The notes beneath the pieces were generated by a model that had not been told where the DNA came from, searched no databases, and saw only the letters and a list, made by a program, of their open reading frames with translations. From Candidatus Micrarchaeota archaeon (GTDB taxonomy: Archaea > Micrarchaeota > Micrarchaeia > Micrarchaeales > CABMGC01), in assembly GCA_023270015.1 (NCBI GenBank), contig JAGDXZ010000053.1:1-37076 (forward strand): a DNA stretch of 37,076 nt. Direction: 5' to 3'. The stretch's first letter is position 1, and each line of letters opens with the position of its first letter. A program made the position numbers and the translations under genes. Shown here piece by piece: positions 9,066 through 18,166 of the stretch.

Positions 9066-9941
9066 ATGGATCTCAAGAATGCAAAAGAGCTTTTTAGGCT
9101 TATGCGAATTGAACATAGTCTAATGCTTGTAATTGCGGTGATAGCTGCAGAGCTTATTGTAAAGGGCATGCCAAACCTTCCAACACTAATACTAAGTCTT
9201 ATAACGCCAGTGTTTGTGAGCATGGGCTCCTTTGCTGTAAACGATTATTTTGATATAGAGGTAGATAAAGCAAACAAAAAGGACAGGCCACTTGTAATAG
9301 GAACAGTAACACCCAAACAAGCACTTTACGCTACTGCTATTACAATGATTATAGGCGTAGCGGCAAGCATACCGATAAACCTTTATGCATTTTTGATAGC
9401 TCTCGCGTTTGCGCTACTTTCCATAGCTTACGCATACAAGCTGAAAGAACTTCTTTTCTGGGGCAATGCATACGTTGCCTTTGCAATGGTAATACCATTC
9501 ATATATGGAGATTTCGTTGTAAGTACACACTTTGCCTATACCATAATTGTAGTGTCTGTTATGATATTCTTTGCCGGTCTTGCTAGAGAAATACATGGAA
9601 CGATAAGAGATTATAGTGGAGATGTAAAGGTAAGGAATGCACACACCATACCAAAAGCAATAGGTAAAAAAAGGGCAGCACTATTGTCTCTTATACTCTA
9701 TTTTATTGCGATAGGCATAAGCATATACGCTGCACTTGCTGTAAAGCCTTTTGCACTGAATATCTTATATATTGTGTTTATCGCAATTTCAGATATACTG
9801 TTGCTGTCTGTAGCTTTAGGCTATTTAAACAATGAAACCGAAGAGTTTTATAGGAGAGCAAGAAACATAAGTTTATTAGCAATGGCCATAGCACTAATCG
9901 CCGTATTAATAAGTGCTGCACTGCCCGAAATTGCATTTTAA
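9066..9941 (+). CDS. UbiA-family prenyltransferase, probably digeranylgeranylglyceryl phosphate (DGGGP) synthase
   Basis: NDYFDIEVDKANKKDRPL motif 1, YAYKLK, GN and REIHGTIRDYSGD motif 2; about 8-9 TM helices. Confidence 0.85.
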   Translation: MDLKNAKELFRLMRIEHSLMLVIAVIAAELIVKGMPNLPTLILSLITPVFVSMGSFAVNDYFDIEVDKANKKDRPLVIGTVTPKQALYATAITMIIGVAASIPINLYAFLIALAFALLSIAYAYKLKELLFWGNAYVAFAMVIPFIYGDFVVSTHFAYTIIVVSVMIFFAGLAREIHGTIRDYSGDVKVRNAHTIPKAIGKKRAALLSLILYFIAIGISIYAALAVKPFALNILYIVFIAISDILLLSVALGYLNNETEEFYRRARNISLLAMAIALIAVLISAALPEIAF

Positions 9942-10021
9942 AGCGGAAAATTATGCAAAACTAATTGTAAAATAAAATATTAAAGGTCATATACCTGATT
10001 TAAATTAAACAAAAGGAGGTT

Positions 10022-11584
10022 ATGAAAACCAACAAAATCGAAAAGGGCAACAAAATTGCTATTGCCGGATTAATGGCAGTTATTATAATTGGCTTATTGC
10101 TAGCTAAATATACTTATACGGGCCCCGATCCTCTATACGATGATTCAACCTATATTTTTGAAGCACATGAAATGGCAACCGGCAACTTTTCCCAGGTTCT
10201 GATAGATCCATTTACCTATGCTTTTTTTGAAGTCGTCCCATACGCACTTTCATTTTATATATTTGGATATGGCATACCTCAAGCCTTTACCACTAGCTTA
10301 TGCGAATATGTTCTGCTGATAATTCTAACGTTTCTTTTGGCTAGAAAACTAATAGACGAATCTGGAAAATATGCGATGCTAGCCGCATTTTTTACCGCAA
10401 TAACCCCCTTCGTAGTTCTGTACGCAACAAGAATACTGCCAGATATGTTAGTTGGCGTATTTTTTGCTGCACTGCTTTATTTTTATCTCTCAATAAAAAG
10501 AAAAGGAATAAGCTATTTCTTCCTTGGCATTATTGCAGCACTTGGAATATATGTTAAAACTGAAGTCTTAGCGTTGTTAGGAATTTTTGCTTTGTTTGTG
10601 TTTTTGGAGATTATTCATGACGCCTTTAATTATCACAAGTTTAAACACTTGAAAGCAGACGCTCTGCTGCTAGGCTGTTTTATTGCCGGACTAATTGTCA
10701 CATTAGGTTCTTATCTCTTGCTATATTATCACTATTTTAGAGCTCCATTCTTCATTTTCAAATATTACACATTATCGCCAGGAAACTTATCTACTAATTT
10801 ATCGTTATTAAACCCAAAACCAACCAGCTACGATCCTGAGCTATTTTCAATAGGGCTAATATTTTATTATTTTATAGCTGGCGGCATTATTGCAATATCC
10901 AAAAATAATAAAAGGTTAACAAAAGCATTCTTAGTTTCTTTAGGTTTTCTATTATATCTTGTTTTAGGCACTGATAGGTTTACAAGTTACACTTTTATAC
11001 CGATAGTTAGCCGCTTTTTTGCTGCGTTTGCTGCGCCGTTTTCGTTGCTGGGCGCGTACTTCGTAAAAGAAAGCGTCAATAAAATGGCAGAAGCCACAAA
11101 AGGCAAATTTACAGCATTTTTGCTTGCAGCGGCCCTAATATCCGCACTAGTTTTATATAATGCATTCCAAATATATACAATTAATTCAGAATATAATGCT
11201 GGAGTTCGCCAATTGAGTGATGCTTTCCATAATGCGACTTACTACATAATAAACGCTTCATCGAAAGCAACGGTATACGTTTTGGCTCATATAGGCTTTA
11301 ATATTCCTACTGTAAATTTCACAAATTTTGAATTCAAATTCAGCCCAAAATACAATGCAACGTCAATATTTTCTGAGACCGACCTAAGTAGTTTTTGCAA
11401 TGTCAAAACTACTCAAACAAACAAAAATGTTTTTATTTTAAGCATCAACACCAATAAAACTGAGACTCAAAAAGTATTAAAGCAGTTGAATGTTTCGTGT
11501 AATTTGTTGCTCATAAAACAATACGTGACCCCTTCGGGCTACTTCTTAGGAGTTTATACTGTTTCTCCAACGAATAGCAGATAG
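10022..11584 (+). CDS. GT-C fold membrane glycosyltransferase
   Basis: LYDDSTY after TM1; RILPDM, YVKTE and SRF motifs; multiple TMs; GGAGGT RBS at 10015-10020. Confidence 0.8.
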   Translation: MKTNKIEKGNKIAIAGLMAVIIIGLLLAKYTYTGPDPLYDDSTYIFEAHEMATGNFSQVLIDPFTYAFFEVVPYALSFYIFGYGIPQAFTTSLCEYVLLIILTFLLARKLIDESGKYAMLAAFFTAITPFVVLYATRILPDMLVGVFFAALLYFYLSIKRKGISYFFLGIIAALGIYVKTEVLALLGIFALFVFLEIIHDAFNYHKFKHLKADALLLGCFIAGLIVTLGSYLLLYYHYFRAPFFIFKYYTLSPGNLSTNLSLLNPKPTSYDPELFSIGLIFYYFIAGGIIAISKNNKRLTKAFLVSLGFLLYLVLGTDRFTSYTFIPIVSRFFAAFAAPFSLLGAYFVKESVNKMAEATKGKFTAFLLAAALISALVLYNAFQIYTINSEYNAGVRQLSDAFHNATYYIINASSKATVYVLAHIGFNIPTVNFTNFEFKFSPKYNATSIFSETDLSSFCNVKTTQTNKNVFILSINTNKTETQKVLKQLNVSCNLLLIKQYVTPSGYFLGVYTVSPTNSR

Positions 11585-11677
11585 ACTTATTTATAATCAA
11601 ATCTCAAGATATAGCGAAAAGTAGCGCCGACAAGGTAAAAACAACGAACCAACTAGGACTCTTTTACTTGTTTGCGA

Positions 11678-13465
11678 TTACCTGTGCACTCTGCCGTGTC
11701 TGCTGCTTTTGTTTTTACTTGAATTCTTCCTGTCAGTGCTCCTCACTAGCTGCGCAAGCAACACAATAAGCACACATGCAAGCAGTATCACCATAATCAA
11801 CATAAGATAAAACAGCATGCTGATTTCATTGCTCAGTTCGCTGACCTGCTGCAAAAGCATAGGGCTAGTCTGGCTAAAGTTGCTAATAATGAAGGCCTTT
11901 GCTATTTCTGTGTCTGCCTGCTCAATTGATTTGGCTAGAAGAGAAGTGGTATAAGCGGTTTTTAGGTCATTGCTCTGGCCAAGCCGGTATTCGTTTAGAT
12001 AGAATAGGGCTTGCCCTGCAAACTCGTAAGGCCATATGCCTGAAAGGCTTGAGTTTATGTTGCTAAGAGTTGCGTTTACAAGCTGTGCACTTGTCATGTT
12101 AGAGCCTGCAAGAGGATTGGCCAATGCAGAAGCATATGCTGCGGCGTAGAGCGCTTCGGCGTAATTGCTAGCGTCAAAGCTCTTCACAGCGGTATCTAAA
12201 TATAGGTTAGCGCCATAAGGCTCTGCTTTTGCTATAGCGCTGGCTGCTTCCTGCTTAAGCACAGGCGCAAGGCTCACATAATTGCCAGGTAGTGATGCAG
12301 AAATGTTGTAAAGCTCCTGTGCTGCCTTGCACCATGCAAGGGCTTCTGCCCCATAGTATAACGCCTCTATGTAGCTATCGCTTGTCACCTCTGGAGAACT
12401 TAGCAAAGCTTCAGCCTGTGCAAGGGTCTCGTTGGCGAAGTCCTGCCTGAGCTCCCCACCTATTACATATTCGTAGTTTGTGTTTGTAAGTAAAGGAGGA
12501 ACAAGCGAAGAGCAGTATGTGCCTATATTGCTAAGCAATGAGGAAGCGCCTGTAGCTGTGTAGTTGGCTTTGTTTGCCAATGTGAAGGCCTGCAGGTATT
12601 GCAAGAACGCAAAGTCTGCTGCTGTGTAAGCATAGCCCTTGCTTGCTATTTCTTCATACCTTTGCTGGTTTGCCAGCATCTGCGCTTTTGCTTGGTTGAA
12701 AACGCTGGGCACGCTAGAAATCTCGGAGCTAGTAAAGTTGAGCGTGAAGTTCACAAGCTCGTTGAAGGCGCTAGTGTTGCAGCTAGTGCAGCTAAGATTC
12801 ATGTCGCTAAGCTTGCTAAGCTCGAAATGCTGCGTTATGTTGTATTGCATAGGCTTTGCTGGCTCGATGCCAAAGGCAAAAGCTAAGGCTTGGCTTATGT
12901 TGTCTACTTGCTGTATAGGTATGCTGAATATGCTTTGAGAGATGTAGTAGAGCAGCTGCTCTAGAGTGCCGCCGGCAGTAGCGTTTGGAAGCAGGAAGAA
13001 GTGCATGCGGGCTTGCGATGCTGCTTCTGCCTTGTCGTAAACCCCGCCAATTAAGCCTATTGTGCCATTTGGCTCTATAGTGCCAGAAACAGTGAAATTG
13101 CTTAGAAGCTGCCTATGCTCAAGTGCAGCAATGGTAAGAAGGGTAAAGGCTGTGCCTGCGCTCGGCCCTGATACGCTTACATTTCTGTCGTGTATTACAA
13201 ATGAGAAGTTGTACTGGGATTGGTTAACTCCTAGATAGCTGCATGCTGTCGCAACTGCTTGCTTTGCTGAAGCCATAGTACTGTAGCCCACTGATGAAGG
13301 ACCGCTGATGCTTACTATGCCTGTGCCTGGAGTAAGGTTGAGCGTTATCTCTGTCAAGGTCCCTGTGCTTGTGTTTGAAAGCACTGCAGGCGCATGTATG
13401 AGCGTTGTATATGCAGCGCTTATGCCAAAAAGCACTGCCAGCAGCAAAAAAGGCTGAAACCTCAT
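11678..13465 (-). CDS. Secreted archaeal Lon-like serine protease (S16 Lon_C domain, no ATPase), C-terminal membrane anchor
   Basis: Signal peptide; APAV, VSGPSAG (catalytic Ser) and SGTIEPNGTIGLIGGVYDK (catalytic Lys); helical C-terminal region ending in a TM and basic tail. Confidence 0.88.
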   Translation of the reverse strand: MRFQPFLLLAVLFGISAAYTTLIHAPAVLSNTSTGTLTEITLNLTPGTGIVSISGPSSVGYSTMASAKQAVATACSYLGVNQSQYNFSFVIHDRNVSVSGPSAGTAFTLLTIAALEHRQLLSNFTVSGTIEPNGTIGLIGGVYDKAEAASQARMHFFLLPNATAGGTLEQLLYYISQSIFSIPIQQVDNISQALAFAFGIEPAKPMQYNITQHFELSKLSDMNLSCTSCNTSAFNELVNFTLNFTSSEISSVPSVFNQAKAQMLANQQRYEEIASKGYAYTAADFAFLQYLQAFTLANKANYTATGASSLLSNIGTYCSSLVPPLLTNTNYEYVIGGELRQDFANETLAQAEALLSSPEVTSDSYIEALYYGAEALAWCKAAQELYNISASLPGNYVSLAPVLKQEAASAIAKAEPYGANLYLDTAVKSFDASNYAEALYAAAYASALANPLAGSNMTSAQLVNATLSNINSSLSGIWPYEFAGQALFYLNEYRLGQSNDLKTAYTTSLLAKSIEQADTEIAKAFIISNFSQTSPMLLQQVSELSNEISMLFYLMLIMVILLACVLIVLLAQLVRSTDRKNSSKNKSSRHGRVHR

Positions 13466-13530
13466 TGCATCTTGTTTATTTATAGTAGATTAAAAATATT
13501 AAGGTTAGGTGCCGCTTTCTTATTTCTTAT

Positions 13531-14820
13531 CTAAAAGTCAGAAATTGTTGTCTGCTTGTGTTCGCTAACATCTTCGCCTTTTGTCCCAAAAATATCTACT
13601 ACGCCGAAAACTCCATCGTAGCCTGGCTTCACATGCACCTGCTCCTTCCTTACCCTTTCCACTGCAGCAGCCACGCTTTTGTCCAGCTTGCCAAGCTCCT
13701 CTGTGCTTGCCTTAAGCAATACGTTGAACTCGCTCCCAAAACCTTTTACAAACTCGGCATAAAGCTTCGCTACCGAAGCAGAGCTTTCAGGCTTGCCTAT
13801 TATCTTAGCAATCAGCTCAGCAAGGGGCACTGCATGCACATAGGGCCTGGCGCCTTGTGGAACAAAGCCTGCGGGCCTATCGGCAAGATCGTCTATTCTG
13901 TGCAATACGCCTAAGGTAAGGGGTCTGCCGCATACAGGGCAAATGTTGTTGTATTTCTTCGCATCCTCTGGGGAAAGCGAGACGCCGCACTTCCTATGGC
14001 CATCGTAGTGGTATTTGCCTTCCTCCGGGTAAAACTCTATTGTGTATTTTATCCTTTTTTCCTTTATTGCGCTAGCTATTGCTGCAAACGAAAGCTCGTT
14101 TGGCTCTAGCTCAAATACAGTTGCCTCTCTTCCTATCTTCTGCGGTGAGTGGGCATCGCTTGTAGAGACTAGCGCAAAGGGGTCATTGGCAGATACCCGC
14201 CAGTTCATTGGCGGATCGCTTGAAAGGCCTGTTTCCAATGCGTGTATGTGCTTGACCTGCTCCTCATAAGCCTCTGCCATGGAGTCATAGCCGGACATTG
14301 AACCGAAGACACCATACCACGGGGTCCATGCATGCGCAGGAAAGACTATTGCGTTTTTGCTTGCCTCTTTGACATGTTCAACTAGCTCAGCTGGGGACAT
14401 GCTAAGAGTGGGCCTGCCGTCTAATGCCAAATCGCCAAACTTGCTTAGCCTGTCGCTTATCTGCTCTGCTTCTTCAAGGCTCGGCGCAAGTATGCAGTGG
14501 TGAACGCGCTTTGTATTGCCAGAACGGTCAAAAGGCTTGGGCTTGCCTTCTTTCGCGTCTATCGTCGCAACCTCCACGCCAACAACAAACCTAACGTTTG
14601 ACTTTGTGCCCTTAAGCTTGTAAAGCCCTTGCTCAGCCTGTTCCAGATTCTGCTTAAGAAAAGAAAACCATGCAGGGTGGGTGAAGTCGCCTGTGGAGAT
14701 TATGCTTATTCCCTTCTCTTCTGCCGCCTGCTGCATGTGGATTAGGTCCATCTGCTCGCTGGTAGCGGCAGCGTATTTGGAATGGATGTGCAGATCTGCT
14801 ATGTACTCCACGTCAGCCAC
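13531..14820 (-). CDS. endoQ: Endonuclease Q family protein (PHP domain plus Zn finger)
   Basis: ADLHIHSKY, TGDFTHP, PAHAWTPW, ETGLSSD, SDAHS, GKYHYDGHRKC...CPVCG and PGYDGVFG motifs; C-terminal PIP-like QTTISDF. Confidence 0.9.
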   Translation of the reverse strand: MADVEYIADLHIHSKYAAATSEQMDLIHMQQAAEEKGISIISTGDFTHPAWFSFLKQNLEQAEQGLYKLKGTKSNVRFVVGVEVATIDAKEGKPKPFDRSGNTKRVHHCILAPSLEEAEQISDRLSKFGDLALDGRPTLSMSPAELVEHVKEASKNAIVFPAHAWTPWYGVFGSMSGYDSMAEAYEEQVKHIHALETGLSSDPPMNWRVSANDPFALVSTSDAHSPQKIGREATVFELEPNELSFAAIASAIKEKRIKYTIEFYPEEGKYHYDGHRKCGVSLSPEDAKKYNNICPVCGRPLTLGVLHRIDDLADRPAGFVPQGARPYVHAVPLAELIAKIIGKPESSASVAKLYAEFVKGFGSEFNVLLKASTEELGKLDKSVAAAVERVRKEQVHVKPGYDGVFGVVDIFGTKGEDVSEHKQTTISDF

Positions 14821-15484
14821 TTTTTGTTACTCCGTTCCTTGGGCAAAGATTCTTGCTGTTTGGCCCTAAAATGCACTTGCTGCACAAAGGGACTACAGAC
14901 TGGCAGACTGCCTTGCCATGGTCCTTGAGCACGTATGCGAAGTTGTGCCAATACTTCTTGTCAACTACCTGCATGAGGTCCTGCTCTATCTTGTCAGGAT
15001 CTTTGTTCTGGCTAAGGCCTATCCTGTAGGCAAGCTTTATTACCCATGTGTCTACTGGTATGCCCTCTACTATACCATAAGCATTGATCAGTATGCTGTT
15101 CGCTGTCTTTCTCCCTATTCCAGGAAGCGAAATAAGGTCTTGCATGTTGTTTGGCACTTTTCCTCCAAACTTCTCCTCTAAGATCTGGCAGGCTTTTATT
15201 ATGTTTTTTACCTTGTTGCCAGCAAAAGTCACTGGCCTTACTATGGCAAGAAGGTCTTCGGGCTTAGCGTTCGCATAATCGTGTGCAGTCTTGTACTTTG
15301 CAAAAAGCTTTGGAGTAACTGCGTTTACCACAGTATCCCTGGTTTGAGGCGAGAGCATAGCCGCTACAAGCAGCTCTATAGGCGTTGAGAAGTTCAGGTA
15401 ATATTTTGCATCTTTGTATTCTTTCTCCAATATCTCAACTACCTGCTTTGCTTCTTCCTTGCTCAAAAGCTTGAAAGCCACCAA
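14813..15484 (-). CDS. nth: Endonuclease III (HhH-GPD glycosylase/AP lyase, Fe-S cluster)
   Basis: LLVAAMLSPQ, HhH motif LPGIGRKTAN, VDT aspartate and four C-terminal Cys (C-x6-C-x2-C-x9-C). Confidence 0.92.
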   Translation of the reverse strand: MVAFKLLSKEEAKQVVEILEKEYKDAKYYLNFSTPIELLVAAMLSPQTRDTVVNAVTPKLFAKYKTAHDYANAKPEDLLAIVRPVTFAGNKVKNIIKACQILEEKFGGKVPNNMQDLISLPGIGRKTANSILINAYGIVEGIPVDTWVIKLAYRIGLSQNKDPDKIEQDLMQVVDKKYWHNFAYVLKDHGKAVCQSVVPLCSKCILGPNSKNLCPRNGVTKSG

Positions 15485-15485
15485 A

Positions 15486-15974
15486 TCACCTGAGCTTGTA
15501 GCCTATGTCTCTCACAAACTTCCTCCTCTGTGCCTTGTCCTCCTCTCTTTCTATTCCTTTCGAAGCTGAGCCGTCTACCACGCCCAGTATTGCTCTGCCC
15601 TGATCAGTCTTTGCCACTATAACCTCCACCGGGTTCGCAGTCGCGCAGTATATCCTCGCTACTTCGTTTACATTCTTCAAGGCGTTTAATACATTTATCG
15701 GGTAAGCGTTCTTGAAAAGTATGAGAAAAGAGTGCCCTGCGCCAATTTTAAGCAAATTTGACTCTGCCAGTTTTTGAAGCTCGGCATCATTGCCCTCGCT
15801 CCTTACCAAGCAGGGTCCGCTTGCCTCTGCAAACGCCACGCCAAATTTTACCCCAGGCACTGCGTTTACCATAGCTTCGTAAAGGTCTTCTATCGTTTTT
15901 ATAAAGCCCGCATGGCCCAGCACAAGCTGGGTTTCAGCGTCTTTCTCTATTTTTATTACCTCGGTATCGAGCAT
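15486..15974 (-). CDS. Adenosine-specific kinase-like protein (COG1839/DUF355)
   Basis: FIKTIEDLYEA, AFAEASGPCLVRSEGND, AGH, YPINVLN, CATANP and GVVDG motifs; ends in IGYKLR. Confidence 0.9.
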   Translation of the reverse strand: MLDTEVIKIEKDAETQLVLGHAGFIKTIEDLYEAMVNAVPGVKFGVAFAEASGPCLVRSEGNDAELQKLAESNLLKIGAGHSFLILFKNAYPINVLNALKNVNEVARIYCATANPVEVIVAKTDQGRAILGVVDGSASKGIEREEDKAQRRKFVRDIGYKLR

Positions 15975-16063
15975 AATATTACTTGGAAAGAAAAAGATTA
16001 AACAATTAACTTAGCTGGGGCTTTCAAAAGCCTTAAAAATATTAAGCAAGCTAGTTGATTAGC

Positions 16064-16444
16064 ATGCAAGTAAAAGAAATCATGCAAACGCACATCGTTG
16101 CGGTAAACGCCAATGCAAGCATAGGGACAGCGATCAAGCTTATGTCAAACGCCCATGTTCCGCTTTTGCCTGTTCTCAACGGCTCTAGGCTTGCTGGCAT
16201 ATTAACAAAGGAAGAGGCGCAGGCCGAGCCTGAGAGCAAAAGAATTGGTAGCTTACAGCTCAGGCTTCTTTACGTCACAGAGAATGATCCTGTTGAAAAA
16301 GCGGCAAAGATGATGGTAGACAACTCAATAACAAGGCTGCCAGTAGTAAGCGAAGCGACAACGCTTCATTGTGTGGGCGTGGTAACTAGCACTGACATAG
16401 TGAAAGCACATAAAGAAGACAAAGAAGAAAACGCCACGCACTAG
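16064..16444 (+). CDS. Stand-alone CBS domain pair protein
   Basis: MQVKEIM...LLPVL...LAGILT and RLPVV...VGVVTSTDI; ATG 16064 preferred over TTG 16055. Confidence 0.88.
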   Translation: MQVKEIMQTHIVAVNANASIGTAIKLMSNAHVPLLPVLNGSRLAGILTKEEAQAEPESKRIGSLQLRLLYVTENDPVEKAAKMMVDNSITRLPVVSEATTLHCVGVVTSTDIVKAHKEDKEENATH

Positions 16445-16457
16445 CGTAGCTAAAAAT

Positions 16458-16769
16458 TCACCTTGCTAGGGTTATTTCTATTGTGCTGACCTTTGACTTT
16501 GTGCCGTCCTCGTTCTGGAGCTCTTCAGAGCTTATTGATATGTTCTCTACCCTTACGTCCTGCAGGAACTTGTTCCTTGATATCTCTGCTACGTCGACTG
16601 CCCTGGAGATTGTGTTGCCCCTAGCCTTTATTTTGACGTTCTTTGCTCCGTTGTTGAACTGCGTTACTACTGCTAGTACGTAGCTCATTGCTGGCTTTTT
16701 GCCAACGTATACCACATTCTCTGGTATACCCTCTTTCTTTTCCTGTTCGTTTGCTTGATTTTCCGCCAT
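16458..16769 (-). CDS. albA: Chromatin protein Alba
   Basis: [31 protein letters not shown] and VSTIEITL; GGTGA RBS 5 nt before ATG 16769. Confidence 0.96.
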   Translation of the reverse strand: MAENQANEQEKKEGIPENVVYVGKKPAMSYVLAVVTQFNNGAKNVKIKARGNTISRAVDVAEISRNKFLQDVRVENISISSEELQNEDGTKSKVSTIEITLAR

Positions 16770-16905
16770 TGTTGTCACCTTATAATTAAATAAGGCCTTT
16801 TACCCTTATAAATCTATATGTGTGGCTCTATTTGGCAGTTTGAACTATGGGTTAGCAGTGTCGCTATTTTAAGCTTATGCCCTTATAAGAATAAAAGGCA
16901 AAAGC

Positions 16906-18162
16906 ATGCAAACGCAAATAACATTTCTTGGAGGGGCGAGAGAGGTTGGAAGGTCTGCCATACTTCTAGAAAGTGACAAGCACATACTGCTAGATTATGG
17001 CATAAAGCTAGACCACAAGACCGAATATCCGCTAAGGATAAAAACGAAGCTTGACGCATATGTGCTTAGCCACGCCCATCTAGACCACAGCGGATTTGCA
17101 CCAATACTTTATTCAGGCAATTATGTAGATGCCTATGGTACGCCGCCCACTATAGAGCTTACAAGGCTACTTATAGAAGACGCTCTAAAAATAAGCAGGA
17201 GAAACAGACAGAAGCCAGCATTCTCTAAGGGAGACTTGAGAAGGTTTGAAAGGGCCTACAAGCCGCTTGATTATTATTCAGAGGTAGATGTTGGCGATTA
17301 TACCATAAGCCTGCATGATGCAGGCCACATAACCGGCAGCGCAATAACGCTAATCGAGAATAGGCGAACAGATAAACGGCTAGTATATACTGGCGACTTC
17401 AAGCTAGAAGCTCAGACATTGCAGAAAGGGGCAGAGGTAGTAAAAAGCGATATACTTATTACAGAATCGACATACGCTGACAGGGAGCACCCTGACAGGT
17501 CTGCGCTCATAAAAAGCTTCGTTGAAGAAGTAAAAAGCATAATAGACAACAATGGCACCGCGTTAGTACCTGTGTTTGCAGTAGGCAGGGCGCAAGAGAT
17601 ATTGACCATACTCTACCAGCACAACCTCATAGACTATGCAGTAATAGACGGAATGGCAAAGCACGCAAGCGAGATTGTAATGCGCTATCCAAACTACAGC
17701 GTAAATGAAAGCATGCTTCTAGGGGCTATGAAAAATGTAACATGGATAGGGACCGAGAGGAGCAGGAAAAGCGTTACAAGCCCTGCGATAGTAGTCACCA
17801 CCGCTGGCATGCTTAACGGAGGCCCTGTACTTGATTATATACTGGATCTTAACAAAAGGTCGAAGATCTTTCTTACCGGCTACCAACTAGAAGGTACCAA
17901 TGGCCGGCGCCTGCTTGAGGGCAAGCCCATAGTAATAGACAATAGAAAATATGCTATAAAAACGCCAGTAGCTTATTACGACTTTTCAGCGCACGCAGGC
18001 AGAAGCGATCTGTTTGAATATGTAAGAAGAAGCAACCCTGAAAAGGTCATATGCGTGCACGGCGATGCTAACGTAGCGTACAATTTTGCTGAGAGCTTGA
18101 AGTTGGAAGGATTCGATGCCGTAGCTCCGCAAATAGGAGAGAGTGTAAAAATAGAATTCTAG
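16906..18162 (+). CDS. Beta-CASP metallo-beta-lactamase ribonuclease (aCPSF-type, no KH domains)
   Basis: FLGGAREVGRS, SHAHLDHSG, AGH, YTGD, ESTY, FSAHA and VHG motifs. Confidence 0.93.
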   Translation: MQTQITFLGGAREVGRSAILLESDKHILLDYGIKLDHKTEYPLRIKTKLDAYVLSHAHLDHSGFAPILYSGNYVDAYGTPPTIELTRLLIEDALKISRRNRQKPAFSKGDLRRFERAYKPLDYYSEVDVGDYTISLHDAGHITGSAITLIENRRTDKRLVYTGDFKLEAQTLQKGAEVVKSDILITESTYADREHPDRSALIKSFVEEVKSIIDNNGTALVPVFAVGRAQEILTILYQHNLIDYAVIDGMAKHASEIVMRYPNYSVNESMLLGAMKNVTWIGTERSRKSVTSPAIVVTTAGMLNGGPVLDYILDLNKRSKIFLTGYQLEGTNGRRLLEGKPIVIDNRKYAIKTPVAYYDFSAHAGRSDLFEYVRRSNPEKVICVHGDANVAYNFAESLKLEGFDAVAPQIGESVKIEF

Positions 18163-18166
18163 CCAG

